Shown here in pieces: positions 8,467 to 17,888 of a DNA stretch of 64,000 nt. Position 1 is the first letter of the stretch. The number at the start of each line of letters is the position of its first letter. The notes beneath the pieces were generated by a model that saw only the letters and a list, made by a program, of their open reading frames with translations, made no database searches and was not told the DNA's origin. The DNA lies in the IMG/VR virus record IMGVR_UViG_3300025646_000023; one strand, written 5' to 3'. The translations under genes and the position numbers were made by a program. Origin of the DNA: an uncultured virus (IMG/VR IMGVR_UViG_3300025646_000023) (taxonomy: Duplodnaviria > Heunggongvirae > Uroviricota > Caudoviricetes).

Positions 8467-10833
8467 ATGCCTACAAGAAACTCAGGTGGTGGAGGTTCTA
8501 GATCCGCTCCAGCACCTGCACCAAGGGCAGCTGCACCTCCTCCCCGTGTATCAGCCCCGGCTCCGCAAACTGCTTTTATCAGTACAGTTGCGTCTTCTCC
8601 ACAACAGTTTGTACCTCCTAAAACTCAAGGAGGTGGTAATGCTGCTAACCGAAACCAAGCACCAAAAAATCAAGGTGGCGGTGGTGGCAACCGAAACCAA
8701 GGTCCTAAGAACCAAGGTCCTAAGAACCAAGGTCCTAAGAACCAAGGTCCTAAAAACCAAGGCGGCGGTGGTGGCAATCGCCAAGGCGGTAACCGCTCAA
8801 CTCCAACTGCTGCTCCGCCTCCTAGTGCAGGACAAAATCGCCAAGGTCCTAAAAACCAAGGTCCTAAAAATCAGGGCCAAGGTCGTAAGAATCAAGGTGG
8901 TAGAGGACAAGGTGGCAAAGGTCAAGCCGGTGCTAATCCATTTGTTGACGTAGCAAATAGAACTGGAAACGACGGTCGTCAGCGTGGCCAAGGAGGTGGT
9001 CGTGCTGGTCAAGAACGTGGTGGCCAGGAAATGATGGGTCGTGGTCGCGGCCAGGGCCGTAAAGGCGGTGGCGGTCGTGATGATCGTCAAGGTCAAGGCG
9101 GTCGTGGTGGTCGTAACCGCGATGAAATGATGGGTCGTGGTCAAGGGCAGGACCGTGGCGGTCGTGGTCAAAGGCAGGACCGTGGCGGTCGTAACCGCGA
9201 TGAAATGATGGGTGGCGCAGGCGAAAACATGCGTGATCGCATGGGTCGTCGTAACCGCAACCGTCGTGATCGTGGTGGCGCAGCCGGTGAAGACCAAGGT
9301 TTTGATCAAGGTTCAGAAGATCAAGGTTTTGACCAAGGTTCAGAAGATCAAGGTTTTGATCAGGGTTCTGATGAAAGCTTTGATCAAGGTTCTGAAGATC
9401 AAGGTGGCGCAGAAGAAACTCCTCCTGATGCCAATGAATTCCTTGATAATTTCATTGAAGAAACTGGTGCAGGACAAGAAGAATCTCCTCAACCTGCCCA
9501 AGAAGAAGAGCAACCTACAAGGACTCAAGAAACAACCTCTACTCAATCGGAAGCACCTGCTTCTGGTGGAGGTGGCTTCGGTATCCAAGGTCTCCTCTCT
9601 GCAGAAGAACAGCAAAAAGCTGGCGGTAGTAATGCTGCTGCTGCATTAGCAGCTGCTCAAGCACGACGCCGCGCTTCTGGTAGCGATGGTGGCGGTTCTA
9701 CTCCTGCTCCTACACCTGCACCTGCTCCTACTCCAGGACCTAAAAGAGCTCCTACTCCTCCACCTAAACAAGGCCCCACACGTCAGCCTGGACAACAAGG
9801 TGGTCAAGCTGGTGGTCAAGCTGGTTCACAACCTGCAAGACAGCCTGCAAGACAGCCTGGACAAGGCGCTGCTGGTGGACAAGCTGGTGGCCAAGCTGGT
9901 GGCCAGGCTGGTGAAAGTTTTGATCAAGGCGGTACTGATCAGACAGGTACTGATCAAACTGGTACTGATCAAACTGGTGGCCAGGAAGAAGCTGGGGGTG
10001 GCCGTACCCGTCGTGAACGTCGTCAAGATCGCCGTGAAGAACGCCAGCAAGATCGTCAAGGTGGCGGTCGTCAAGATCGTCAAAGCGGTCGTGGTGGTCG
10101 CGGTGGTCAAGAACGCGGTGGCCAAGAACAAGAAGGCGGTCGCGGTGGCCGAAACCAAGGCCGTAAAGGTCAAGGTGGTAAAGGCCAAGGCGGTAAAGGA
10201 CAGGGCGGCAAAGGTCAAGGTGGAAAAGGTCAAGGTGGAAAAGGACAAGGCGGTAAGGGCCAAGGTGGCAAGAACCGCAACATGCCCTTTAACCCCATGG
10301 ACCAACCATCTAAAAAACAAGGTGGTAAGGGTCAGGGCAATAAGGGACAAGGCGGTAAAGGCCAAGGACCTAAAGGCCAAGGTGGCAAGAAACAAGGTGG
10401 AAAAGGTCAAGGTGGTAAAAACCAAACGACACAGTTTGACTTCTTGCCACAACCCGGTAAAAAACAAGGCGGCAAAAACCAAGGTTCTAAAGGCCAAGGT
10501 GGTAAAAACCAAGGTAGTAAAGGCCCTGGACCCAAAAATCAACCTGCTAAAAAGCAAGGTGGTAAAGCTCCCGCACCCAAGAACCAACCTCCTAAAAAAC
10601 AGAGTGGTAAAGGTGGTGTTGGAAGCCAAGCACCTAAGGGTCAAGGTGGAAAGGGTCAGGGTGGAAAAAACCAAGGACAAAAAGTTCCTTTCATTCCTCC
10701 CAAAAACCAGCCTCCTCAAAACCCACCGCCTAAGAGCCCACCTCCCAAGAGCCCCCCTCCTAAAGGGCAAGGTAACAAGGGCCAAGGTGGTAAAAACCAA
10801 GGTGGCAAAGGACAAGGCGGTAAGAAACGTTAA
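8467..10833 (+). CDS. 788-aa intrinsically disordered Gly/Gln/Lys/Arg-rich repeat protein
   Basis: Long open frame with in-frame tandem repeats (NQGPK, QGGKG, EDQGFDQGS, TDQTG); followed by a hairpin. Confidence 0.8.
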   Translation: MPTRNSGGGGSRSAPAPAPRAAAPPPRVSAPAPQTAFISTVASSPQQFVPPKTQGGGNAANRNQAPKNQGGGGGNRNQGPKNQGPKNQGPKNQGPKNQGGGGGNRQGGNRSTPTAAPPPSAGQNRQGPKNQGPKNQGQGRKNQGGRGQGGKGQAGANPFVDVANRTGNDGRQRGQGGGRAGQERGGQEMMGRGRGQGRKGGGGRDDRQGQGGRGGRNRDEMMGRGQGQDRGGRGQRQDRGGRNRDEMMGGAGENMRDRMGRRNRNRRDRGGAAGEDQGFDQGSEDQGFDQGSEDQGFDQGSDESFDQGSEDQGGAEETPPDANEFLDNFIEETGAGQEESPQPAQEEEQPTRTQETTSTQSEAPASGGGGFGIQGLLSAEEQQKAGGSNAAAALAAAQARRRASGSDGGGSTPAPTPAPAPTPGPKRAPTPPPKQGPTRQPGQQGGQAGGQAGSQPARQPARQPGQGAAGGQAGGQAGGQAGESFDQGGTDQTGTDQTGTDQTGGQEEAGGGRTRRERRQDRREERQQDRQGGGRQDRQSGRGGRGGQERGGQEQEGGRGGRNQGRKGQGGKGQGGKGQGGKGQGGKGQGGKGQGGKGQGGKNRNMPFNPMDQPSKKQGGKGQGNKGQGGKGQGPKGQGGKKQGGKGQGGKNQTTQFDFLPQPGKKQGGKNQGSKGQGGKNQGSKGPGPKNQPAKKQGGKAPAPKNQPPKKQSGKGGVGSQAPKGQGGKGQGGKNQGQKVPFIPPKNQPPQNPPPKSPPPKSPPPKGQGNKGQGGKNQGGKGQGGKKR

Positions 10834-10863
10834 TTTCTTATTCGTTTAACCTTTAGTTAAATG

Positions 10864-10899
10864 GGCAGATCGACTAGGTTTCTTAGTTGATCTGCCTTT
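10864..10899 (+). terminator. stem-loop terminator
   Basis: ggcagatcgactagg...cttagttgatctgcc then ttt. Confidence 0.65.
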
Positions 10900-10934
10900 A
10901 AAATTTGCTACCTTGATGTTGTTGAATACTTCTT

Positions 10935-11174
10935 ATGGCTCGCAACACTAAAATCCGCTTTCGTGGTAAACCATCTGAAATCCTGGAGCCTATTGACTTC
11001 CAGGGTTATTCCATTCAGTCCCTACGCCACGGCAACACCGGTCACATCCTCTACCGCTATCCCTCTAAAGAATACAATTGGGAACCATGCTGGGGTATGG
11101 ACCTGGAGACTGCTAAAAAATCTATTACTCGCTACCAAGAAAAACTAGAACTACAATCAGAAACAGAGTCATAA
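10935..11174 (+). CDS. hypothetical protein
   Basis: ORF track; extended -10 TGCTACCTT upstream. Confidence 0.65.
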   Translation: MARNTKIRFRGKPSEILEPIDFQGYSIQSLRHGNTGHILYRYPSKEYNWEPCWGMDLETAKKSITRYQEKLELQSETES

Positions 11175-11440
11175 TGCATATGGGACCAACGAAGAATGAA
11201 CTGATGGATGATCTTGCATTGTCCATCTATGAATACCTTCATAAGGAGGCAACTTCCTATCAAGGTTCTTTGTTGGTCCTAATGCCCATTACAAAAATTG
11301 CTAAAGAGTTTGATCGCAATCATCGGACTATCACCCGTCGCATCAGTGCTCTTAAAGCTGAAGGGTTGATCCAACCTATTATCAAAAAAGATTACGTTAC
11401 CCTCTATAGTATTGTTGACTGGGAAGAATCTGATGAATGA
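11174..11440 (+). CDS. winged helix-turn-helix DNA-binding protein
   Basis: ITKIAKEFDRNHRTITRRISALKAEGLI. Confidence 0.75.
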   Translation: MHMGPTKNELMDDLALSIYEYLHKEATSYQGSLLVLMPITKIAKEFDRNHRTITRRISALKAEGLIQPIIKKDYVTLYSIVDWEESDE

Positions 11441-11726
11441 AAAAGGTCACAATCCGGTATCTGATCTTACTTTTCTGCTCGGTAGCTTTACCGATAACGG
11501 CAGGTCTCTACGTTCCTTTGTGAGTCACCCTCAAGAGCTTGCTATTACTATCCTTGTTTCTGGATTACTCGCTAACTCCAGGTGGGCCATGGATCCAGAT
11601 GATGCAATTAAAACTGCTTTCATCATCCATGAAAAAATTCAAAAGGAAGTTCAGAACTATCAGTCCCTCAAATTTGTTAACAACGTTGAGGGTTGCTTCC
11701 GTCGCCCAGAGCTCACAGAAGAATGA
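11433..11726 (+). CDS. hypothetical protein
   Basis: ORF track; ATG at 11433. Confidence 0.6.
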   Translation: MNEKGHNPVSDLTFLLGSFTDNGRSLRSFVSHPQELAITILVSGLLANSRWAMDPDDAIKTAFIIHEKIQKEVQNYQSLKFVNNVEGCFRRPELTEE

Positions 11727-11971
11727 AGAACCAGCCCCTCTACTACTTTGATGTAGACATTGAATGGGGCCATCTTCGAGTCGGTCCACTCCTTGTGCAC
11801 TGGTTCAACTCCAGTACGGAGTACGACTCTTGGGGAAGCGTGGATATCACCTGGGATCTTAAGCATTCCTTCCTTTTTTGTTTTAATCAGGCTAGGAAGC
11901 GCTTTGAATTCAACCACCGCGTCCTTGATCCAGACATCCGCCGTGTCATGAAAGGGGTCAAGCACTTCTAA
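11723..11971 (+). CDS. hypothetical protein
   Basis: ORF track; ATG at 11723 overlaps the upstream stop. Confidence 0.55.
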   Translation: MKNQPLYYFDVDIEWGHLRVGPLLVHWFNSSTEYDSWGSVDITWDLKHSFLFCFNQARKRFEFNHRVLDPDIRRVMKGVKHF

Positions 11972-12025
11972 ATTGCTTGCACAGACTGGGTTTTTTGCTA
12001 CGTTACAGCTACTTGAGCTGCGTCT

Positions 12026-12958
12026 GTGCCTGCTGTACTGGATGAAATCCGCGTAGATGCTCAGCTACTTGAAGAACTAGAGCGCAAGATTTATACCCCG
12101 TACTCTAAAACTGCATCGTATGAGCAGTTTTTGGACTATCGCTCTGAAGGAGATACTCGTTTAACGATTAACGGTAGTCGCCACTACAAGACGCCTTACG
12201 GTGCACTGCCTTCTGTCACCACAATCCTCTCAGCAACTGGTGGTAACAAAGCTGCCTTAGAACGTTGGGCTAAGAAAAATCCGGGTGGACGTGAGGCTGC
12301 TGCTGCTCGTGGTACCCGCGTTCACTCCCTTATGGAGGAGTATCTTCTTGGCATCAACAAGGATCCTGTCATTGACGATGAAGAAATTGCTGAGTTCTGG
12401 AAGGGCCTTCCTGAAAAACTTGACAAGCTGGATCGGATTGTCTGGGCAGAGAACCCTGCCAATCCTGATGATTTTAGTTGGACGATGGGTGGTGATGGTA
12501 TCTCCCGAGTCTGGCATCCAGGTGTTCACGAGGAAGAAACCTGGGGTTGGGCTGGTGCTCCTGACATCGTGGCAGAGTACAAAGGAAAGGTGGTTCTTGG
12601 CGATCTTAAAACCAGCAATGGTCTTTACTACAGTAAGTGGCCGGGACCTGAAACCCTCCGCAGTGAGTATGGAATGAAGCGTGCAGGCTTCATGAAGTAT
12701 CAAAAATGCATGATGCAGATGGGTGCCTATGCCATGGCACTGGAGCACACCATTGGGATCATCCCTGAAATCCTGATGATTTTTGTTGCAACTCGTGAGC
12801 GCTCTCAGGTTTTTGCGGTACAAGGCGGCACCATCGAGAAATACAAGAACAAGTGGCTAGAAGCTGTTAACAAGTATTACTCTGAGATCCTGCCAGCTCA
12901 AAATAAAACCGACATAGATATGGATGTGGTGGACGCGGATGCCGAAAAAACCGACTGA
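12026..12958 (+). CDS. PD-(D/E)XK exonuclease (Cas4/RecB-like phage nuclease)
   Basis: PSVTTIL, RGTRVH, AGAPD, DLKTS and QMGAY motifs. Confidence 0.85.
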   Translation: MPAVLDEIRVDAQLLEELERKIYTPYSKTASYEQFLDYRSEGDTRLTINGSRHYKTPYGALPSVTTILSATGGNKAALERWAKKNPGGREAAAARGTRVHSLMEEYLLGINKDPVIDDEEIAEFWKGLPEKLDKLDRIVWAENPANPDDFSWTMGGDGISRVWHPGVHEEETWGWAGAPDIVAEYKGKVVLGDLKTSNGLYYSKWPGPETLRSEYGMKRAGFMKYQKCMMQMGAYAMALEHTIGIIPEILMIFVATRERSQVFAVQGGTIEKYKNKWLEAVNKYYSEILPAQNKTDIDMDVVDADAEKTD

Positions 12959-13077
12959 GTGCAGGTGTCTGCCTCGTAAATTAAAGATACGAAGAAAAAC
13001 GGTGGATCCACTGGGCTACCTCATTAATACTGGCTACGCTGGCTCCGTCGTCTTCCCTTGACCTGCAATAAAAAACT

Positions 13078-15696
13078 GTGACGACCGCTACCCCAGAGCC
13101 CAAGCCACCTCATAAGCACCTCTCACCAGGGCAAATTAACCTTGATTTCATTCCGGTTGATTTCCCCCTAACGCCCCTGCAGGGCAAGAAAGCTTATCTT
13201 CCGGGCTGGACTCAGGATCCAAAAACAATATCTGAAATCCGTAAAGAACTAGAAGACGGTAGAGCAACAGGTGTTGGCCTCCTCTGTGGGCAGTGGAGCA
13301 ACGACCTTGCTCTTATTTTTGTTGATGTTGATGGGGAAGATGCCATCCCTGCTATTGAAAAACTAGGTGGTGGACCTATTGCAGATATCTTCCCACCAAC
13401 ACTGACGATCACTAGTGGGAAACCCGGTAAATTCCGGATGCTTTTCCGTGTTCCGCCGGATCGAATCCAGGAACTTCCGGATAAAGCAACTATCAAAGTT
13501 GATAAGGCGCCATGGGAAATCCTTTGGCGGTCTCGTCAAGGTGCACTCATGGGTGCTCACCCTGATACAGACGGCTATTCCACGACTGCTCACGGCGGTT
13601 TTGAATACGCTAAACAACTTCCTGAAATGCCAGAATGGCTTTATCAAGCCATCTCTCGTGCTTATCCCAGTAGTCGCTACCGTAAACGCACATCTCCTGC
13701 TGGTGCTGTTGTAACTCAAAGCATCACAATTAATTACGATAACGATTCCAAGTTCTATCTTGATTCTGCTATTGAAGAAGCTGTTTTATATCTTCAAGTT
13801 TTAGATCCTCAACGTGCTGATGATTATGAAGAGTGGCTTGCTGTTGGCATGTCACTCCATCAAATTGACGAAAGCCTTCTTCCTTCCTGGATTGAATGGT
13901 CTTCTCAATCTGATCACTTTGAAGACGGCGCTTGTGAAAAGAAATGGGAAAGCTTTGAACGTCTCCCAGGTGGACCTAATCCAGAAGGTGCACGTGGTTT
14001 AAAAACACTACGTGCTAAAGCAAAAGAAGATGGCTATATCGACATGGGAGGCTTTGTTGTTCCTTCCATTGACACAATTCGTAAGCAAGTTGGCGGAGAT
14101 GAAAACGCCATTGCTATCCAAGCTGATCAAAACGCACTCTTTCAGGAACTGTTTGGTGGTCAGTTTGATGAAAAAGACTTTGTTGACTTCCCGCCAGAAC
14201 TAGATCTCCCTGGTTTTGCTGGGCAGCCACTCCTACCTGGAAGCAAAAAACAGAAACAACCTGTAAGAAATCCACCCGCTTCTGAAATTGCCAACTTCAT
14301 CTCACCCATGTTCAACAAGAACGGGTGGCGTTATGACCCTAGATTTGATAGGTTCATGAAGTATGACAAGAATAGGGGTGTATGGAATGAGCAAGATCAT
14401 ACGAAAGATTTTAAACATGAGGTACAGTTTGTCCTCGGAAATACTTCTCTCCCTAATGGGTACACTTCTCATCTCGTTGCTGATGTGTGTGCTCTCTTGG
14501 AAGGGCACCTCACCGAGTACCAATGGAATGATGATCCCTCCCGTCTTGCATTCCGTAACGGTGTCTTCGATCTCGATACAAAAGAATTCCTAGAACATAA
14601 CCCTGAGCACTTTATTATCTGGGGTCTGGACATTGATTTCATTCCAGAAGCTGATCCAGGTCCTATCACCGAATGGTTATATCGTACTCAATACGGTGAT
14701 GAATCCCGTGTCAATGTTCTTCGTGCTTGGTTGCGTGCCTGTTTAGTGGGACGTGGCAACGAAATTCAACGTTTCTTTGAAGTGATTGGACCAGGTGGCC
14801 GTGGTAAATCCACCTTTGCCAACCTCTGCTGTGCTTTAGTTGGTAGTGGCAACTACGCCAGTACAACTCTCAACCAGTTGGAGCAGAGCCGTTTTGAACT
14901 TTCTTCCATTAAAGGGAAGCGCTTAACACTAATCAATGACTCTGAACGATACGGTGGTTCTGCTCAAACCTTTAAGGCTCTCACTGGTGGTGACTCCCTC
15001 CGCTATGAAGAGAAGCTAAAGCCCATCGGTGAACCCTTTGTGTACACCGGTATGGTCATGGTTGTTGCTAACGAGCCTATTCAAACCACCGATAACACCA
15101 GTGGTTTGAGCCGCCGTCGCTTAACAATTGAGTTCAATAGGCCCCTCTATGAACGTAATAGTGAAGCAAAGGACATGATCAAGATTGAACATGGTCGTGT
15201 TTCTGGTATCTGGAAGGACTACCTACCAGGTCTTGTTAACTGGGTGCTCGAAATGGATGAGCAAACCATGCGTCAGTACCTGCTAGATACCAATGAAATG
15301 GTGCCTGCACTGCGCCGCGTCCGCAATAACATCCTCCTCAACAGCAATAACCTGATTGAATGGTTGCAATCAGAAGTGGTTAGGGCAGATCATGTTACTG
15401 CTGTTGGTAAGAAGATTCCTAATGGCAATAAGGAAAGCAATGAACGTTATGTCAACAGCACTTATCATCTGTATCCCAGTTACTGTGAGTACTGCGAAGC
15501 AACAGGTTCTAAAGCTGTTGGCCAAAAGCGTTTCATCAACCTCTTGCTTGATTGCTGCAAGAACCAGCTAAACCTTGATGACGTTCGTACCTTTAGCAAA
15601 GGTGGTAAACCTTTTGTGAAAGGTCTTGCAATTCGTAATTCTGATCAGAAGTTTAAAGATCTTCCTACTATCCTTCCAGAAGGTAAAGACGAGTAA
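13078..15696 (+). CDS. primase-polymerase with PriCT-2 domain and D5-like SF3 helicase
   Basis: N-terminal VDVDG Prim-Pol motif; YEEWLAVGMSLH..WS PriCT-2; FRNGVFDL; Walker A GPGGRGKST; FKALTGGD. Confidence 0.92.
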   Translation: MTTATPEPKPPHKHLSPGQINLDFIPVDFPLTPLQGKKAYLPGWTQDPKTISEIRKELEDGRATGVGLLCGQWSNDLALIFVDVDGEDAIPAIEKLGGGPIADIFPPTLTITSGKPGKFRMLFRVPPDRIQELPDKATIKVDKAPWEILWRSRQGALMGAHPDTDGYSTTAHGGFEYAKQLPEMPEWLYQAISRAYPSSRYRKRTSPAGAVVTQSITINYDNDSKFYLDSAIEEAVLYLQVLDPQRADDYEEWLAVGMSLHQIDESLLPSWIEWSSQSDHFEDGACEKKWESFERLPGGPNPEGARGLKTLRAKAKEDGYIDMGGFVVPSIDTIRKQVGGDENAIAIQADQNALFQELFGGQFDEKDFVDFPPELDLPGFAGQPLLPGSKKQKQPVRNPPASEIANFISPMFNKNGWRYDPRFDRFMKYDKNRGVWNEQDHTKDFKHEVQFVLGNTSLPNGYTSHLVADVCALLEGHLTEYQWNDDPSRLAFRNGVFDLDTKEFLEHNPEHFIIWGLDIDFIPEADPGPITEWLYRTQYGDESRVNVLRAWLRACLVGRGNEIQRFFEVIGPGGRGKSTFANLCCALVGSGNYASTTLNQLEQSRFELSSIKGKRLTLINDSERYGGSAQTFKALTGGDSLRYEEKLKPIGEPFVYTGMVMVVANEPIQTTDNTSGLSRRRLTIEFNRPLYERNSEAKDMIKIEHGRVSGIWKDYLPGLVNWVLEMDEQTMRQYLLDTNEMVPALRRVRNNILLNSNNLIEWLQSEVVRADHVTAVGKKIPNGNKESNERYVNSTYHLYPSYCEYCEATGSKAVGQKRFINLLLDCCKNQLNLDDVRTFSKGGKPFVKGLAIRNSDQKFKDLPTILPEGKDE

Positions 15697-15843
15697 TTAT
15701 TTCTTGTCCTGTTTAGGTTTCTTGCACCAGGTTTTATCGCCAGGGATGACTTCAGTTCCGTACTCGAAGTCATCGTAATCCTTTTGATTTCTTAACCAAC
15801 GACCAAACTCTTCAATATATCTTTTGATGAGTTGTGTCGGCAC
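15697..15843 (-). CDS. small hypothetical protein (..DYDDFEYGTEVIPGDKTW..)
   Basis: Translated by hand; GTG start just after the upstream stop; 48 aa. Confidence 0.5.
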   Translation of the reverse strand: MPTQLIKRYIEEFGRWLRNQKDYDDFEYGTEVIPGDKTWCKKPKQDKK

Positions 15844-15845
15844 AC

Positions 15846-16094
15846 CTATACTCCTTGAACAACTCCATACTTGTTCATTAAATTAGGTACTGCCATCTTG
15901 CGCCGTTGCTCATAACCTGGATACAACCGCTCCATCTCTAATCGAAACATCTCTGGTGTAACAGCTGGTCCATACCCTGGCTTCTCAATTTCAAAACTAG
16001 GTGAACCAGCAATTAAAACTTCCTCAACGATTGGGCTTTTGCTATAGCTCTTTAAAAAGCCCAAGGCGTTAGGGAAATCATTATCCATCATCAT
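15846..16094 (-). CDS. hypothetical protein (FLxxY motif)
   Basis: ORF track. Confidence 0.6.
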   Translation of the reverse strand: MMMDNDFPNALGFLKSYSKSPIVEEVLIAGSPSFEIEKPGYGPAVTPEMFRLEMERLYPGYEQRRKMAVPNLMNKYGVVQGV

Positions 16095-16096
16095 AA

Positions 16097-16804
16097 TTAG
16101 ATGCCGCCGTAAAGGAACTGCTGTACCCGATTACGGATGGGTAACTTAACAGTCGTTGCTTTGTCTGCTTGCTGTGCAGTAGCTGCCTGTTGTGCAGCTT
16201 GTGCCGCCACGGGATTCAAAGTTTCCATCGTGTAGCCGCCTTCACCTTGAGCACGGGTACCGAGATCGCCCATCTGCACTTCTTCTACAGGTTGCGTACC
16301 AGCAGCAAAACCACCGGTTTGCGGGAACATGTTCGCAAGCAGCGGGTTGTAGGCACCAATTGCACCACCGGCTTGGCCCATAGGAGTCTGGCCGTACTTC
16401 TGCATCCAGATCTGCATACCAAGATCTTTTGCTTCTTGAGTCTTCTTTTGTCCAATCAGGTTTCCGTATTGCGCAAGCTGAGAACGATACTCATCACTCC
16501 CGCTACGGTCAACAGTACCTTGAGGAGTTAAACCGGTAACAATTGTTGTATTAGGTGCAACTGTACCAGCAGACAATACTTGAACTGGTTTTGGATCAGT
16601 TAAGGGACCTTTTAATGGTTCAACTAAAGGACGATAACCTTCTGCACGTAATTGCGCATCAGTAGGTGCAAGTGTTGCTGCATTAGCACCACGACCAGCA
16701 AAGAAAGCGCCAGGACCAAACAAGAATCCAGCACCTGGAAAACTTGGGTTCCACTGAGCTTTTTGTGCACGTTTGGAACCGCGCTGGCCGCCTTGATATG
16801 CCAT
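16097..16804 (-). CDS. Gln/Ala/Gly-rich hypothetical protein, possibly virion-internal
   Basis: ORF track; composition like the late-region proteins. Confidence 0.65.
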   Translation of the reverse strand: MAYQGGQRGSKRAQKAQWNPSFPGAGFLFGPGAFFAGRGANAATLAPTDAQLRAEGYRPLVEPLKGPLTDPKPVQVLSAGTVAPNTTIVTGLTPQGTVDRSGSDEYRSQLAQYGNLIGQKKTQEAKDLGMQIWMQKYGQTPMGQAGGAIGAYNPLLANMFPQTGGFAAGTQPVEEVQMGDLGTRAQGEGGYTMETLNPVAAQAAQQAATAQQADKATTVKLPIRNRVQQFLYGGI

Positions 16805-16858
16805 TGTTTATAAGAAATCCTTTCATACAATAGTAACACTGGGAAATAGAAATTCCTT

Positions 16859-17044
16859 ATGTCACTTATTCAAACTCTGCCGCACGGTACAACTATTGAA
16901 TTGCTGGACGATAAACACGGTAACCAAGTACATCGTGTTTGTACTCCAGGGGGTTCGATGTGTCGCTACGTGGAACCTTATCACTGCGCTATCACCTACG
17001 CAGAGCAATATGATCAATACTATGTAGAAGGTCCCAAGGAATAG
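16859..17044 (+). CDS. hypothetical protein
   Basis: ORF track. Confidence 0.55.
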   Translation: MSLIQTLPHGTTIELLDDKHGNQVHRVCTPGGSMCRYVEPYHCAITYAEQYDQYYVEGPKE

Positions 17045-17103
17045 GGCTTCGTTTGCTTTAGTTGGATTATGGGGTACAGATGTTCTGCTCAGTACCCCGT
17101 CAA

Positions 17104-17341
17104 ATCCATTGCGCCCCAGGGGTTCTCAAGGGTGGCCTGCGCACGAACGAGTATGTCTTTTTTTTCATGGTTTCACTTAAGACGTAGTGGTAAGTGGTTA
17201 TTAGGTGACAGTCACATCTACTCGTTCATGTGACGGACAGCTAAGAACCACTTAGAACTCCTTATAGAGTGATATAGGCTTTTTTTGAACGCACTCGTTC
17301 GTTCGTTTGCCTTCCCTGAAAACCCTTGACCTGCAAGGGAT
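17104..17341. repeat. ~240-bp degenerate gap-free palindrome; candidate origin or protein-binding site
   Basis: At least five inverted blocks all share the axis at 17222/17223. Confidence 0.8.
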
Positions 17342-17888
17342 CTCAGCCTATCCTGAAGCCCTCTTCTCATCCCCTAACTTGGATTACTTCAAATTCTTTA
17401 GAGATGAGTACCTAACTGGAGAAGATCTCCTCTCATTTGCTACCAGTCTTAGGTTGTGTCAAGACGAACTCGGAATCACTTCATGTTGGTGCATTAAGCG
17501 GATCAACCACCCCTCACTGAAGTACTTCACCAGTTCACACCCCTCACGCCCCCTCTTCAAAGGGAAAGATGCCCGCCTCCTGGCAATGGCACTGGCCAAC
17601 AAGTACGCTCCAGCTGATGGCCCTGACATGGTGGTGCGCTATTCGTTTTGCAACTCACAGCACTGCATCAATCCCACCCACTACTTCTTTGGCAGTACTC
17701 AGGACGTGTGGATGCAGAATGCAAAACGCAAAGGACGTGAAATCAATTCATCCATTGTGGAGGCCATTAAGCAACAAAGAACCAGTAACAGAAGTGAGTG
17801 GACCTATGAGAAGCTAAGTAAACACTACAAGCTTCCATATCATGTCATTAGAAGAATCTGCAATGAAGGAGCCTACTCCAATGATTGA
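17307..17888 (+). CDS. HNH-like (zinc-binding loop) protein with C-terminal HTH; true start probably downstream
   Basis: SCWC; CNSQHCINPTHY; WTYEKLSKHYKLPYHVIRRI helix-turn-helix. Confidence 0.65.
   Translation: MPSLKTLDLQGISAYPEALFSSPNLDYFKFFRDEYLTGEDLLSFATSLRLCQDELGITSCWCIKRINHPSLKYFTSSHPSRPLFKGKDARLLAMALANKYAPADGPDMVVRYSFCNSQHCINPTHYFFGSTQDVWMQNAKRKGREINSSIVEAIKQQRTSNRSEWTYEKLSKHYKLPYHVIRRICNEGAYSND

Noticed and set aside
8462..10849. Long alternative ORFs 8462-8953, 9686-10849 and 9826-10815
   Set aside because: Shadow frames of the repetitive 788-aa gene; the repeats lack stops in these frames and give Val/Lys or Leu/Thr artefacts
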